Assembly: GCA_964016885.1 (NCBI GenBank)
Contig: OZ024740.1
Coordinates: 65,596,001-65,660,000 of the forward strand
DNA length: 64,000 bases
DNA from: Eledone cirrhosa
Lineage: Eukaryota
Direction: 5' to 3'
Positions 39,263 through 52,649 of the stretch are shown here, piece by piece; positions within the stretch are counted from its first letter, which is position 1; each line of letters starts with the position of its first letter. The position numbers and the translations under genes were made by a program. A model generated the notes under the pieces. The model had not been told where the DNA came from, ran no database searches, and was given only the letters and a program-made list of their open reading frames with translations.

Positions 39263-42200
39263 GCCAATTTTAGTTTCTCGTAATATACAAGAATAAGAGT
39301 TGTATAATTTAAGAGCTATTCTCATTTTCTCAGTTTCATATTATATCTCATTATATAAAATATTAAACAATTAACCAGCACAATTCATAATGACAAATTA
39401 ATTATATTCTCAGCTATTCAAATAATATCTACAACAGAATTGGTATTTAAGATTTAGTAACATATCTAATTATTAAATTCAATCTCTACTTATGTGTGTT
39501 AATAACACATAGTCTTTCCACGGTATGATCGGAGGATCACATGTACATATAAATCCTCCTTTTTACAATCAAAAGAAGACAACTTAATTCTGTCTGAACC
39601 CACTAATTAATAGATCTTACGCTACTCACGTATTCTCAGATGAAGCCCTTACAAATTTCTCAGAGTTATGTGTACGTAGAATTTATTGTGCACTCTATTA
39701 TTGAAACAGTGTATTCATGAATACTTTACATAAAACAGTAGAATTCTCAGGAGTCTTTGTCTTTCATAGAAATCCACAAATTTCTATGAAATTCTTCTTT
39801 TATTTGTTTCAGACCATATTTTTTCCCTTCCCCATCTATTATAGTAGAAATCTAACTGTTCCTTCCGTCCTTTTGTTTCGTAATTCACCAGTGGTCCTTT
39901 TCACTTAGTTTAAAAGATTTAATGAATTTATAATATCTGCTTTTTAAATAGTGCATAATTGAATTCAACTATATTTCATCTTTTGTCAGTCCATTCAGTC
40001 GCAACGAAAGAATTCACTCTTAAATGCTAATCCGTTTCCATGCACATCATTAGCCAAAGGCCTTACCGCCATATGTAATGCATTCAAATTGAATTCGTCA
40101 ATGTAACCTCGACTTCGTGCCTTTAGACTGTGCTGCGACCAATATTGCATTAAGTGTTTGATGAAGATTAGCATATGAATTCTCATTTTGCGTTAGGACT
40201 TCAGAAGGGTAGTAACAGCATTTTGTGCGAAGTTCTTATTGGAAAATAAATTGAAACGTTATGCAACATTTAACACAAATAAAAAAGGAAAATACAAAAC
40301 TATGAAGTCCGTTTTTCCTCGCAATTACGCAGCATGTTAACCCTCAAGAAAGAAGCTTGTCGTCGTTTAATTAAATCCGTACATCAAGTATTAAATTATT
40401 TTATAACACATGATGCCAAAAGTTCCAAGGACAGGAACAGAGATAATCGTTCATTGAAATACAATGGAAAGACGCTAGCTGCTTCTATATAAACCAATAA
40501 GTTTTGATTTTGAGTTGAAAGTTTCATGTCAAAACAAAATATGGCAATTTGACTACATGGATCCCCCCCCCCTCTTACAGCATTTAATGGTAAACATACA
40601 GACTACTAGATATTGAATGTATCTATAAGGAATAAATAGATCAGCTCTAGACGCACTTTAATACTCCTGATAAGGTATAAAACATGATTATTTCAGCGTA
40701 TTTGTCGAGAGATTATATTTAATTTACTAGTACATAGTCATTTAGCGTTTTTCATTTGTTAGTTTGTTTGCATTTTGACTCCGCCATATGTGTTTCTAGA
40801 TTGTATTCATCTCAACTCAATCTCCCTATTCTGATTTCGAGGTTGTGGTTTATCTTTCGCATGATAGTGATTTTCAGATCATAGTTGTCATTGCTGTCGT
40901 CTTTTTGAGTTTTTCTTACCTTTACGTCCACTTCGTCAATAGTTATTTGCTTTGTCTTCTTTCTATTTGATTTCAATTACGTCCCTATTTTATCCAAAAA
41001 GGATTCCGTGGAACAAATAGTGTGGGGAAGGGTGAACTTGCCTTACTTGGCCTTTTGTCGTTATGTCTGCTGCTCTTTGTTTCGTTGTTTCAGTATATAC
41101 TTTTTTCTAAGGAACGCAATACAAAAAAGATTTGATTTGATTTATATACGACACATGTTGCAATCAGACTTCCTAGGAGTAAACAGTAACACAATTATGG
41201 AGAACACGGTACAGATTAAACGAGTTTCAAATCATTCAACAATATTTAGAAAATTAACAAACCTCCCACTAGGCATACTAAAAGCTTTTAATATAGTTTA
41301 TACACTCAGTTACCAATGTCATATCTGATATAGGCGAAGGTGTAGCATTGTCTGGGTCAGGTGAATATAGATATAAAGATCCAAAAGCAACAATTGACCT
41401 TACAAATCACACACCAGACCTTGATGTTAATTAGGAAGGGTCACAAGCAGGTAAGTTATAAATACCGGTGAATGGGATGGAGGTTTGAAGAATGAATTGA
41501 TTCCGTCGGTTACCTTGCACTGTATTTACTTCCGTAAGACTAGTTTCTGAAATGAATTACTTTTGTTAAACATGAGATTCTACACTCTTATAGGAGAAAC
41601 AAAATATATTAAAAATGAATTTATATCTGACATATCTTCTTCTGATTCCACTAACAAGAAGTTCATCCTTTATTTTGTCTGCTAACATTTCGACCATAAA
41701 CCTATTATATGACTGTTATAAACAGACACGTACTACAACTTCAGTGACATGTGTTATATATAGCAACTGTAATCTTCTTCGAAATTTCGAAATGGAAATT
41801 CTCCTCAACATCCTACAGAACGGTTTGCAAATATTTCCTTCATTAGAACTTTTTAGGGTATCCCATCAAACGATAAAACTGGATCTTACATATTTAATGT
41901 TTATCTTTCTGCCTTTTGCTTCTGAGCTATTTCCTTTCATTTACCATTCCATAAATCTGTCATCCTCTATCAACACATGTATTTCGTCCAAATACTATAC
42001 CCTAGCACAAGGTAAGAGTATGCTCTTATTTTAACACCATTGCTAAATAATTTGGTTACCACCTCCGTGTCCAAGTAAGTATCAATTTCAAAAGCAGCAA
42101 AAATGTTTCTGAAATCTCACGTAAATTATGAGGACACACCATTTATAAATATATGAATGTTAATCCACAATTTATTGAAACAATAACAATGCAAATTATC

Positions 42201-42492
42201 AGATGTGTGCGTATGTGTTGTGTGCCGAGGGTGAGATGTATTTGGTATGCCTTTATACATATACCGAATAAATTAATTAGTGTGGTGATTATATTGTATA
42301 TCTCGAATAGTGAAATGTTGCAGAAAAAATATCATTTTATTGGCATCGATGTTAAATGCAGCCATTTGGGGTAGACATAAATATAGCAATATATATTTAT
42401 AGACACAATTGTTGAAATATATAAATATATCTGGAATTAGGAATCCATTAAAAAATATTGTATTATGTTCTCTTATTATTAATATAATGTAA

Positions 42493-42686
42493 GGGTGAGG
42501 CATTGGCAGAATCGGTTGAGAGTTGGACGACATGATTTGCAGCATAGAGCTATGGGCCTTTACGGTCTGAGTTCAAATCCCGCGGGAGTTAACTTTGCCT
42601 TTCATCCATACGGTGTCGATGAAATAAAGTATCAGTAATGCACTGGGATAATTGCTGACCTTGTTCCAAAAGTAGAAACAATCATT
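42493..42686 (+). mobile_element. tRNA-derived SINE
   Basis: TGGCAGAATCGG, GAGTTCAAATCC and the conserved body. Confidence 0.88.
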
Positions 42687-42697
42687 AATATAATATA

Positions 42698-42970
42698 AAG
42701 ACACCCTTCGGTCACGAATGACCAGGCGATTTGCTCCTAGAAAGTTCCCATCCGTGGGAAAAGACCGGCAACCGTTGGTTGTGGAAGACCAGGAGTCGGC
42801 CATGCATATCGATCTTTCTTCCCACACCACCGATGTTGTCCAAGGAAATAGTATAGGCCGATGCAACGTGGCATGAGTAGCGTCGCAATTCAATTCTGAC
42901 TGAAATGCAGAAATGTGAAAGAACATCACGAATGTAAACCCGATAATCTAAGCACTATATCATGAACCTT
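42698..42970. mobile_element. Probable second interspersed repeat or SINE family
   Basis: GC-richer block directly after the SINE tail (CACCGATGTTGTCCAAGG). It is single-copy in this window, so the assignment is tentative. Confidence 0.35.
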
Positions 42971-43029
42971 ATTATATATTTCAATAGAAACATATACATA
43001 CATGTGCATATTCATTCGTGAGTTTTATA

Positions 43030-43218
43030 GTAATAATTGTTTCGACTTTTGGCACAAGGCCAGCAATTACCCCAGTATATTACTGGTACTTTATTTTATC
43101 GACCCCGTAAGGATGAAAGGCAAAGTTAACCTCGGCGGGATTTGAACTCAGATCATAAAGGGGTGTAATTCTATGCTACAAATCATGGCGTCCAACGCTT
43201 TATCGATACTGCCAATCC
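43030..43218 (-). mobile_element. tRNA-derived SINE
   Basis: Reverse-complement copy with A and B boxes. Confidence 0.9.
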
Positions 43219-43534
43219 AAATCGATTCGTTTGCAAGTAATGAGCCTCAAACGCTATGAATTTTAGACGCCTATCACCATCTTTTTGTATATATATCGAT
43301 AGTCAATCGCGTTTCTTCAAATCGGGCCAACGAAACAATGTTTCCATTGGTCTCTTTAATTGCTAATACTATATCATCGGTCGCAAATCCAGGAATCGAA
43401 CTCACAACGCCATGATTGCTAATCCAATTCTCTAAACACTTTACCACGCGCCAGCAATTGTAGAAGCATATAAATAAATATATATATATATTAATTCAGA
43501 ATATTAACAAAATAGATATTCTTGTGATCAAGTA

Positions 43535-43601
43535 TATTTTATTATACATATTTCAGAGGTACTGAGTTAAGTTCAACAGTACGTTTTCATCAGATAAAAT
43601 A
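43535..43601 (-). ncRNA. Type I hammerhead ribozyme (sense, 3' pLTR)
   Basis: UAUUUUAU-CUGAUGA-..GUACUG..CAGUAC..-GAAA UAUGUA UA/AUAAAAUA. Confidence 0.8.
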
Positions 43602-45523
43602 AGATGATGCATGACATACCCTGACATAGTAGATGGATAAGATTCAGTCATGGTAGTGATTAATATATGTCAAACCTCAATATTTATAGCCTAATATTGA
43701 GAATATGAGAAAAATATATATTACAAACAATAGAGAGGGTGTGTGTAATACAGCCTAAGAAATACATGGCATCAATATAACAGTTAAACATTTAAAAAAA
43801 AACTACTGAAAAAAGAGGAAAGAAAGGAAGGCATGGAGAAATAAACAGCTGATGGGATACTATATTTAGTAGGTGCCTCAAAAAACAAATGAAAGATGAT
43901 TAAAGAGAGTGAGAGACAAAGGGGAGTAATTTATGTTCAAGTTTATAGACAATTATCCATATATGCAATATATATCTAAACTTATTTAGTTGACCGTTAA
44001 TATTCCAAATATTTAATTTAAGTTATTTCAGAGTAATGAGTAATATTTTAGGTTTTTAAGTTAATAGGTATCTGTACTAATATTATATTATACTATCAAG
44101 TTTAATTTCTAAAATTCAAATTTGATGAAAACAAATTGAAAGGATTTACGAAACACGAGAAAGAAAATATATAATGCTTTTATACCCTCACGAAATTATT
44201 TATAATATTGACAACAGTTTATATAATATAATTTATGAAATAATTATAGTTATAATTATTAAAGAATTTATGATTAAACATTTTGAGTGCCTAAAGGATC
44301 AACCGGCCTTATAACTAAACTTGAATAAGTTTGAATTTTTAATTATATATATCTGTTAATGAAAACATACACAAGGATTATAATGTCTAAAGTCTTAAGG
44401 TGATACCTTTCAAATATATATAACATAATACAATAATCCAATATAGTAAATAAGTTACTGAAAATATTGTTAAAAAAATATATATTGTTAAAATATATTG
44501 TCAAAAAATTTATGTTTTATATCAATTATTGTGAAATGTTCATTTTCATTTAGTTGATATATACTAAAAATATATAAATCAAAACTACATGAGTCCTAAT
44601 GATAGGGGCTAGATACAAAATAAATATAAAAATAAAAATAATGAATTGTTTACGAAACTTTAAAATGTCCAATATTAAAAATATAGTACAACATGTAATA
44701 GGGTTTTAATATATAGTACACAAAAGTTACGTCTAAAAATTTAGCGAATGTGATAGAAAGAGGAGCTAAACATTTGAAAAAGCCGAAGGTTTATCTAAAT
44801 TTAATTAAAATAAAATAAATTAAATTAAATTATATTAAATTAAGTAATAATCATTATATAAATTCGAACTTCCAGGGAATATCTAACACCTATAACAATA
44901 GAGATTCAGTTGAGTATCTAAATTATTTATAATTGTAACTACTAGTATGTTATTACACTAGATAAACCTATTTGTACAACTATATAGAGATATAATTATA
45001 GGTATTAATGAAACGGTATACATTTAATAAATAAATAATTATAATAATTATTAGTAATGCTATAATAGTAGTTTTACCACCAGTTCAGTGGAGAAAGTTA
45101 CAAATATTTGTATACTATTATGGTTTGTTATATTTAATCGTAGATATATATAAAAATAAATAAGTGCAAATCTAAATTTCTGAGTCCCCAAAACATACTC
45201 AAAATGAGTAAAATATGCAAACGCATGAATGATCTACAGTTCAATTATAACCGGTAATTTTACAAGTTGAATATCCAAATTATATATTTAAAAACAGAGA
45301 CAGATAAATAAAGGTCCGAATCAAAATTATAAATATCTAAAATAATATAAATATCTAAAATAATCCTAAGGTGTGCATATTTATCAAGTAAACAAGTTAC
45401 CAAATAATATGTTTATATATCTAAAGAGGAGCCTTCATTCTAACATTAATTCTATCATAAAGCATTATTAAAGTTTTATAAACTGTTATGACTTTCTAGG
45501 CCCAACAGTTAAGTCATGTTTGT

Positions 45524-47030
45524 TTAGTGTTTTTTTCTGACTTTTTGCGAGGCTTGGAATGTAGACAAATCTTTATGAAGACAGTTTGAGAATAATTCAC
45601 TTTTTTTGTTAATTAAGTTTTCATAATTAGTAATTATTAATAGGGTCTCCTTTGTGCAGAGGTTGCAGTTAGTTGATATAGACGAGTTCGTGTATATTTT
45701 ACTATTACAAAGCTTCGTCCAAAAAATCGAGTATTTTAAATTTTTGTCTTTTAATGAACATATAAGTTGTGATAAAGAAGTCGAAGACTTCCTATTAAAA
45801 TTCGAAAATGAGCATTTGTGATTCGCAAATCTCGATTTAAATGTCGAAGAAGTTGCCCCTATGTAGTTGTATGTGTGCTTATTTGTTTTTACGGTGCATT
45901 TATACACCAGATTTCTATCCAGGCAATTATTTTGCAGAGGGCAATCTGATTTATTTCTACAATTACATTTCGATTTATTATTATTTATATTAACACTATT
46001 ATTAATAGCATTATGCTGATTTTGGTTTAGAATTATACTATTTAGTTTAGCGATGTTTTGGGCCATATTCATAGTTGTAGAATAAGAAAGTTTAATAGTG
46101 TGTGTATTAAATATGGAGTGGTATTTATGTTGACTAGGGAAGGAACTACCTAAAGCTTTAAAAAAATAGATTAGCTAGTGGTGTTCTTACTGCTACAGAA
46201 GCGCGGGGGGGGGTCAAACCATATAACTGATTTAGTTCTGCTTCTTTTCCCCGATTTACTCGCAGAACATGTGTTTGAATTATAGTTATTAGAATTTTTA
46301 GAATTTCGCCTATATATGCTATTATTTTTATCAGGATTAAGACTCGGATTATTATTGTCTATATATTCTATATTATTTTTATAACCTGCCTCTCTTAGCG
46401 CATCATTGTAATATCCTTCTTTTTCATCAAATATTGATTTATTGGCAGATATTCTAGTTATGCGTTTCTGTACACTATTTACAATTGCGTTTCTCACAGA
46501 TTTAGGGTGATTAGAGTAATAACTAACGTAATTTCAGTTTTCATTGGGAAATAGAAATAAAAACCAGAGTTTAAGTTAAGGGTAACATCAAGGAAATTAA
46601 CTATTTTGGTACCACTTTCTACCTCTAGATTAAGGTCGTAATTTTTAAAGAATTCAATTATGTTTTTGTTTACCCTATTTAGTTCTGTATTGTTGTGTTT
46701 AACAACCGTAAATAACATATCGTCCCTATATAAACCACCGGTAATCTCCGGCCGTTTTCTATTTATCATATTTAAGATGAAAATCCCGTGACTTGCGCTG
46801 TGTCCGATAATCCCATGGTAATGTCGAAGTTTCTATTTCTATCTGAGCGGGTCCAATACTCATTGTTGAAGTTAATCATAGTTCTTCTAACAGTTAATAT
46901 GATATCGATTTCATCCGTAGTTAGATCTGCATGTTTGTAAGCGTATGATAAAGCCTTATTTAGTAGGTTAGGCGTAATGGAAGAGTAATATATTGTGAGG
47001 TCCATCTTGATGAATTTATGGTTTTTCTTA
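45524..47030 (-). pseudogene. PLE reverse transcriptase plus GIY-YIG endonuclease (disrupted)
   Basis: YSSITP, FDITMG.SD.AQV, GGLYRDD, VNFLDVTLNL, WFDPP, CNCRNKSDCPLQNNC, VYKC..YIGAT..FKSRFANH and CNLCTKE..NKKSELFSNCLH. Confidence 0.92.
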
Positions 47031-47231
47031 TCCTCTATAATTGTTTTAACTGTTATATTGATGCCACGTATTTTTTAAGCTGTATTACACGAACCTTCTC
47101 TATTGTTTGTATTATATATTTTTCTCATGTTCTCAATATTAGGCTATAAATATTGAGTTTTGTCACATATTAATCAGTACCATGACTGAATCTTAACCAT
47201 CTACTATGTCAGGGTATGTCATGTATCATCT

Positions 47232-47298
47232 TATTTTATCTGATGAGGACGCACTGTTGAACTTAACTCAGTACCTCTCAAATATGTATAATAAAATA
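47232..47298 (+). ncRNA. Hammerhead motif in the inverted pLTR, GAAA mutated to CAAA
   Basis: Same fold as 43535-43601, with catalytic G12 lost. Confidence 0.6.
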
Positions 47299-47710
47299 TA
47301 CTTGATCACAAGAATATCTATTTTGTTAATACTTTGAATTAATATTAATAACTCTGGAAAAAATTTGTTATGTTGAATGCTTCCAATCTATTGTAAAACT
47401 CATTCTTTGATGTATTCATTGAACCTTATTTAACTTTTAAATATATATATATATATATATACACACACATATATATATATATATATATATTCTTTTGTTT
47501 GACCTGTTTGGCTTGCTTCGTTTTGGGGGCTTAGGTGGCTGATGGCTTTTTGATCGACATTCTTAGTTTGTTTGGCCTCTATAACCTATGTTTATTGCTC
47601 TGGTCTTTTTTTAGTCCATGGAGCTCTTGACGCATAATTCAGATATTGCGTTTCGCTTTATTTTCGACCACTGCCTAAATTCGATCTCGCTGAAATTATA
47701 TTTATATATA

Positions 47711-49094
47711 TCTATATATATAAAACTGAGGATGTCTGTCTGTGTGTGTGATTTTGAATCCCTAAAACTGAAGAACCATCCAACCGACTGTTTTCAAACT
47801 TTACACATGTAATACATATGTTTCAGGGAGTGTTCTGAGCATAAACAAATTTTCAATGCCCTAGGTACCGCATTAGGCGATTTAGCGATCTCTCTCTATA
47901 ATTCTTAGTCTTTCTCTTTTTAGATAGATGCATAGATATAACGTCGCACGCTTATAATATCTGTCTGTATGTCTGGCTGTCTGCATCACACTCGGCACGT
48001 CAATGTATGGCTGTTAAACGGGCCGCGAACGCATTCTGATTCATTCGAAAGGCTACCAGTGGAAGCAACCGTAATACCCTCCAAATTTCAGAGAACGCAG
48101 TCAAAGTCACTATTAAGGGCTACAAGTGAACGTTCACATGGCCCTTTTTGGGCCACCACTTGAAATTGTTGATGGCTACCCTTCTTTACGTCAGCGAACG
48201 GCTTACAAGGCCCTTTTAAGGGCCCTTGATAACTGATAGCGACCCTTCGTTTAGGGCTGCCAGTGAACACGCATAGGGCCCCATTTTATTGCACCATTGC
48301 TCTCTAAATTTGTCAAATTATACCCACAGTTTGGTAAATGTTTGTCCAGTTGCGTTTACTTACTAAGATGCGGTAGAATCCTTCGAGAAGGCTCCACATG
48401 CTGTCCGATTGCACGTCACGCCTTGCTCAAGCATTGTAGACGTCCCTCTGACATAAGTGGTGACATCTCTCCTGCTGACTCATGCCAATTATTAAAGTAC
48501 AAAAGCACTAAGCCTATTTTCTCCACGTGGAAGGAAAAGCATAGCTAATACTAATTGCATCAGAGCATTCGGTTTATTTTCTTTACAGGCATGCAATTTT
48601 TCCACGATTAGGTCTGTTGGAGGCCCGCGTTATGTTTCAGGGAGTGTTATGCACATAAATAATTCAACTTGAGGCGTTACGTCAGACCGATTTCCTTGAT
48701 AATGTAACTATATATTAGTCAATCGCTTCCTCATACCGTGAGCAAAGAAAATCCAGCTTTTGTATGGCCTAGGGCCCGCATAAGGTGAAATACTTCATTT
48801 ATGCAGCTTTTTGGGGCTTTTTTTAGGCGTTACATCTAGCCGATTTTCCCGAAATTTCAAGGCATATTAAGCACATAAAATTAATTCATTTTCTTGATCC
48901 GCTAAGGCCCGCATTAGGTGAAAACCTGGATTTGTCCTGCTTCATTGAGGAAAATCTTAAAGATTATCAAGCCATCAGAGTATTCGATTTATTTTCTTTA
49001 TATATTATCCAGGCATGCAGTTTTTCCACAATTAGGACTGTTGGCGGCTCGCGTTCCAAAATACATTATCCCGTTCAACGTCGGGTACAACTGG
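47711..49094 (+). mobile_element. Non-autonomous Helitron-like element
   Basis: 5' end A|TCTATATATATAAAA..GTCTGTCTGTGTG. 3' hairpin CCCG-TTCAACGT-CGGG followed by CTGG|T (CTRR). Internal repeats TATGTTTCAGGGAGTGTT and AGGCATGCA.TTTTTCCAC.ATTAGG. Confidence 0.7.
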
Positions 49095-49854
49095 TAATAT
49101 ATATATATATATATATAAAGAAAAAGAGATGAAATCGAAAATGCAACTGAAGTCTTATTTTAAAAGTTCACACTCGAAAGTCGCGGGTGTGCATTCACAC
49201 AGTTGAGCGGTGGGGTAATCACAAACCGGTTCACACTCGGGCAGGAGTCCATTGGTCAACCGTCTCTGCATATGCATGTGGTGTGTATATGTGCATATAC
49301 GTGCAGAACATATTGGTGTGTATAATCTTGAGATGTCCCAATGCGGTGATTTCATGATATTGGCTCTTGAAGCTATTTTTTTATATATCTTTTGTATGCG
49401 TTGTTGAGTATGCATATTAACCCGCCTAACCCAACTGTATTTGCTTGCTTTCGGCTAGCCCGCCTGCACTTGCTTGCTTTCGGCCCACTTGTCTGCCTCT
49501 TGATGTTTATGTTGAGGTAAACGATTTTGCTTGCTACATTGTGACGTTGTGACACTCATTTATCTGCCCATGGATGCTCCTGCTGCTGCATGTGAATTCT
49601 CCTACCTTCCTTGGATATACCTCTGTTGACCAATGGACTCCTGCCCGAGTGTGAACCGGTTTGTGATTACCCCACCGCTCAACTGTGTGAATGCACACCC
49701 GCGACTTTCGAGTGTGAACTTTTGAGACTGCCCAACATGGGACGTCTCCATTGCATTGCAATGGTCAAGTGATACTGATAACTGTGACACTTAGGGCCTT
49801 CGTGGGCCTCTGATATATTCAAGAAATATATTTTAAAATTATATATCTTATCTC

Positions 49855-50070
49855 AATTTACTTTATTTTATTTTATTTTATTTTATTTTATTTTATTTCA
49901 CTTTATTTAATTTTATTTAATTATATCTTATATTATATTATTTTATTTTAGTTTATTTCATTTTATTTTATTTTATTTTATTTTATTTTATTTTATTTTA
50001 TTTTATTTTATTTTATTTTATTATTATATTATATTATATTTTATCTTAGATAATTTTATTTTATTTCATT
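49855..50070. repeat. (TTTTA)n repeat
   Basis: Seen directly in the sequence. Confidence 0.92.
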
Positions 50071-50456
50071 CCTTACCCTGTATCACTATTATCTGTATAT
50101 TTTATATGTATGTTTTTTATATTTTTTTATATTTCTTATATATATTATATGTCTATTTTTTACCTATTTTTCACCTATTTTTTATCTATTCTTACCTACT
50201 CCTATCTATCTTATCTATTCTTGTCTGTTCTCTATCTCTTATCCATGCGTATGCTTGTATGTAACTGTATGTTGACAGCACCCCGCCCAACTGTGACCGA
50301 TAGCACCCCTTATTTTTCAATTATTTTTCAATGTTTATTTTTCAATGTTTATTTTTATTTTTACTTCCTCAATATTTTTTATCTTTTATTATTTTTTATT
50401 ATTTATTTCTTCAATGTCTTGGATTTGTTATTGCTTGTGTAATATGTAATCAACCT

Positions 50457-50505
50457 TTATGCTCTGATGAGTCCCACTTGTAGTGCGGATGAAACAATGT
50501 TAGCA
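50457..50505 (+). ncRNA. Minimal type I hammerhead ribozyme
   Basis: UGCU-CUGAUGA-GUCC CACU UGU AGUG C GGAU-GAAAC AAU GUU/AGCA. Confidence 0.8.
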
Positions 50506-51561
50506 AGTAAAGATATGCATATGCTATAGGCGTTCTTTGTTGTTGATTATATATATATATATTCTCTTCATCTTAACATGCTAACCATACTCCCACACAC
50601 ATAACACCCATACACACACATAAGAACCCCCACACCTACAACTCCCTCCCCATTTCTACTAATAGAACCACTTTCCTACACACATATATATATACACACA
50701 CACAAAATATATATTCTCTCCATCTTAACATACTCGCACACACACACATAACACCCATATACACACACACACAACTCCCTCCCCTTTCTCTACTAATAGA
50801 ATCATCTTCCAATACACACATACACACACACACGCACACACACACACACACATACACACACACAAGCACACAAATAAACATACATATCTTCAGTCTCAAT
50901 AGAAAATCTGAACTCTGACACCCCGGCGAGCTGGCCATATTCACTGAACCAGAACATTTCTCCCAATCCCTTTTCTCTTGACCACTATCTCTCCATTGTC
51001 ATAACATTCACTATAAAGACTACAGAATAGTTTTCCAAATAAGGGCGCAAAAATGTAATAAAAACTTGTTCACGACGTGACAGCCAACTCTCATTTATAA
51101 CCGACCAAATAAAAAAAAAAAAAAAAAAAAAAGCCTTCGTGAGCCTCCTTTTTTCAAGTTAAAAGAAATTCAAACACTCATATATGAAAAAACAACCTGT
51201 GACAACCCCCCCTCTCTTATCTGAAGAACTATTGTAACGCGTACTGGCGCGAAATTTATTATAATTATTGACAAACCAATCAAATTACTTCTCGAAAAAC
51301 CTGGAATTTCGAGCCACTTTTTCCATATAAAACAAGTAACATTCAGAGACCAACCAGATGTGAGAAAAACCACAGACCCTCCATCTCAACTCACCATTTG
51401 AAAAGCAGAAGAACTGCGAAACCGGTAAAGGAACCAAATAAATATATATATTTAAAAAAAAAATAAGACTTCAGTTGTATTTTCGATTTCATCTCTTTTT
51501 CTTTATACTTTCACTCGTGTAAGACACCTCGGTTATTTTTCATTTTGTAAAAAAACCTCAC

Positions 51562-51631
<70 letters not shown>

Positions 51632-51757
51632 GTTATATTTAATTTGTTGGGATACAAAAAGCAAACATTTTTATAACCGATATAAAGAACTCAACAAATT
51701 ATTGGAGTAAAAATACAATATATTAACAAATGGAAACTATATTTGTAAAACCATATT

Positions 51758-51822
51758 TATTTCATTATACATATTTCAAGGACACCAAAGCAACTTATGG
51801 TACGCTTTCATCAGATAAAATA
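51758..51822 (-). ncRNA. Hammerhead ribozyme (inverted 5' pLTR)
   Basis: UAUUUUAU-CUGAUGA-AAG..ACCA..UGGU..CUU-GAAA UAUGUA UA/AUGAAAUA. Confidence 0.78.
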
Positions 51823-52387
51823 TAATAAAGATCAGTTTTATAAACAAATATTGACATACTCTTAAAGAATGCGAACATGTCGGTTGGAAGCTCCCGGATA
51901 GTGGGGTTACTAATTTTATTGTTGGTCTATTATGCAAATTAGTGTCGGAGAGGTTTAAATCCCAGTACATTTAAATTAAGCCGTTGGAATAGGGAAAAAA
52001 GAAAAAGAAAAAGAAAAAGAAAAAGAAAAAGAAAAAGAAAAAGAAAAAGAAAAAGAAAAAGAAAATGAAAAAGAAATAGAGAAAAGAAAGAGCAAACCCA
52101 AAGAAGGAAAACAAAAGAAAGAGAAAGAGAGAAAACACTAAGTGAGAGAGTGTTGTATTAACGTAATTTATGAGATGATGAAGCGAAAGAATAAATATAT
52201 AGTGGATGAATTACGCTGAGTAAATAAAGCGTGGATAAATAAATAAATAAATAATAATAACCAGAGAATTTTATCTAATGTTAAATTTGATTAAATATTT
52301 AATTTATCAATCAAATTATTTATCTATACATTAAAAATTGAGATCTATATATTATTAAAAGAATATATATACATACATATATATATA

Positions 52388-52483
<96 letters not shown>

Positions 52484-52649
52484 CATACATATATAGATAT
52501 ATATACACTATCAAAAAGTATTATAAAAAAAATATATGCTATTATTACATAACCATATATAAATTTATTATTAATCATCAACCAACAATTAATTATATTG
52601 CTAATTATTACTAATTATTGCTAATTATTATTCATATTGCTAATTATTA

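Larger units (their letters stand above)
43488..47345 (-). mobile_element. Naiad-type PLE with ~250-bp inverted pLTRs and a ~1.8-kb AT-rich 3' region
   Basis: Arms 43488-43737 and 47096-47345 are reverse complements. The ORF remnant spans 45524-47030. Confidence 0.88.
49114..51507. mobile_element. Rearranged PLE-like element with nested inverted repeats and a hammerhead
   Basis: Outer IR 49114-49160/51460-51507, a ~99-bp inner IR 49162-49260/49625-49723 with no mismatch seen, and a hammerhead at 50457. Confidence 0.6.
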
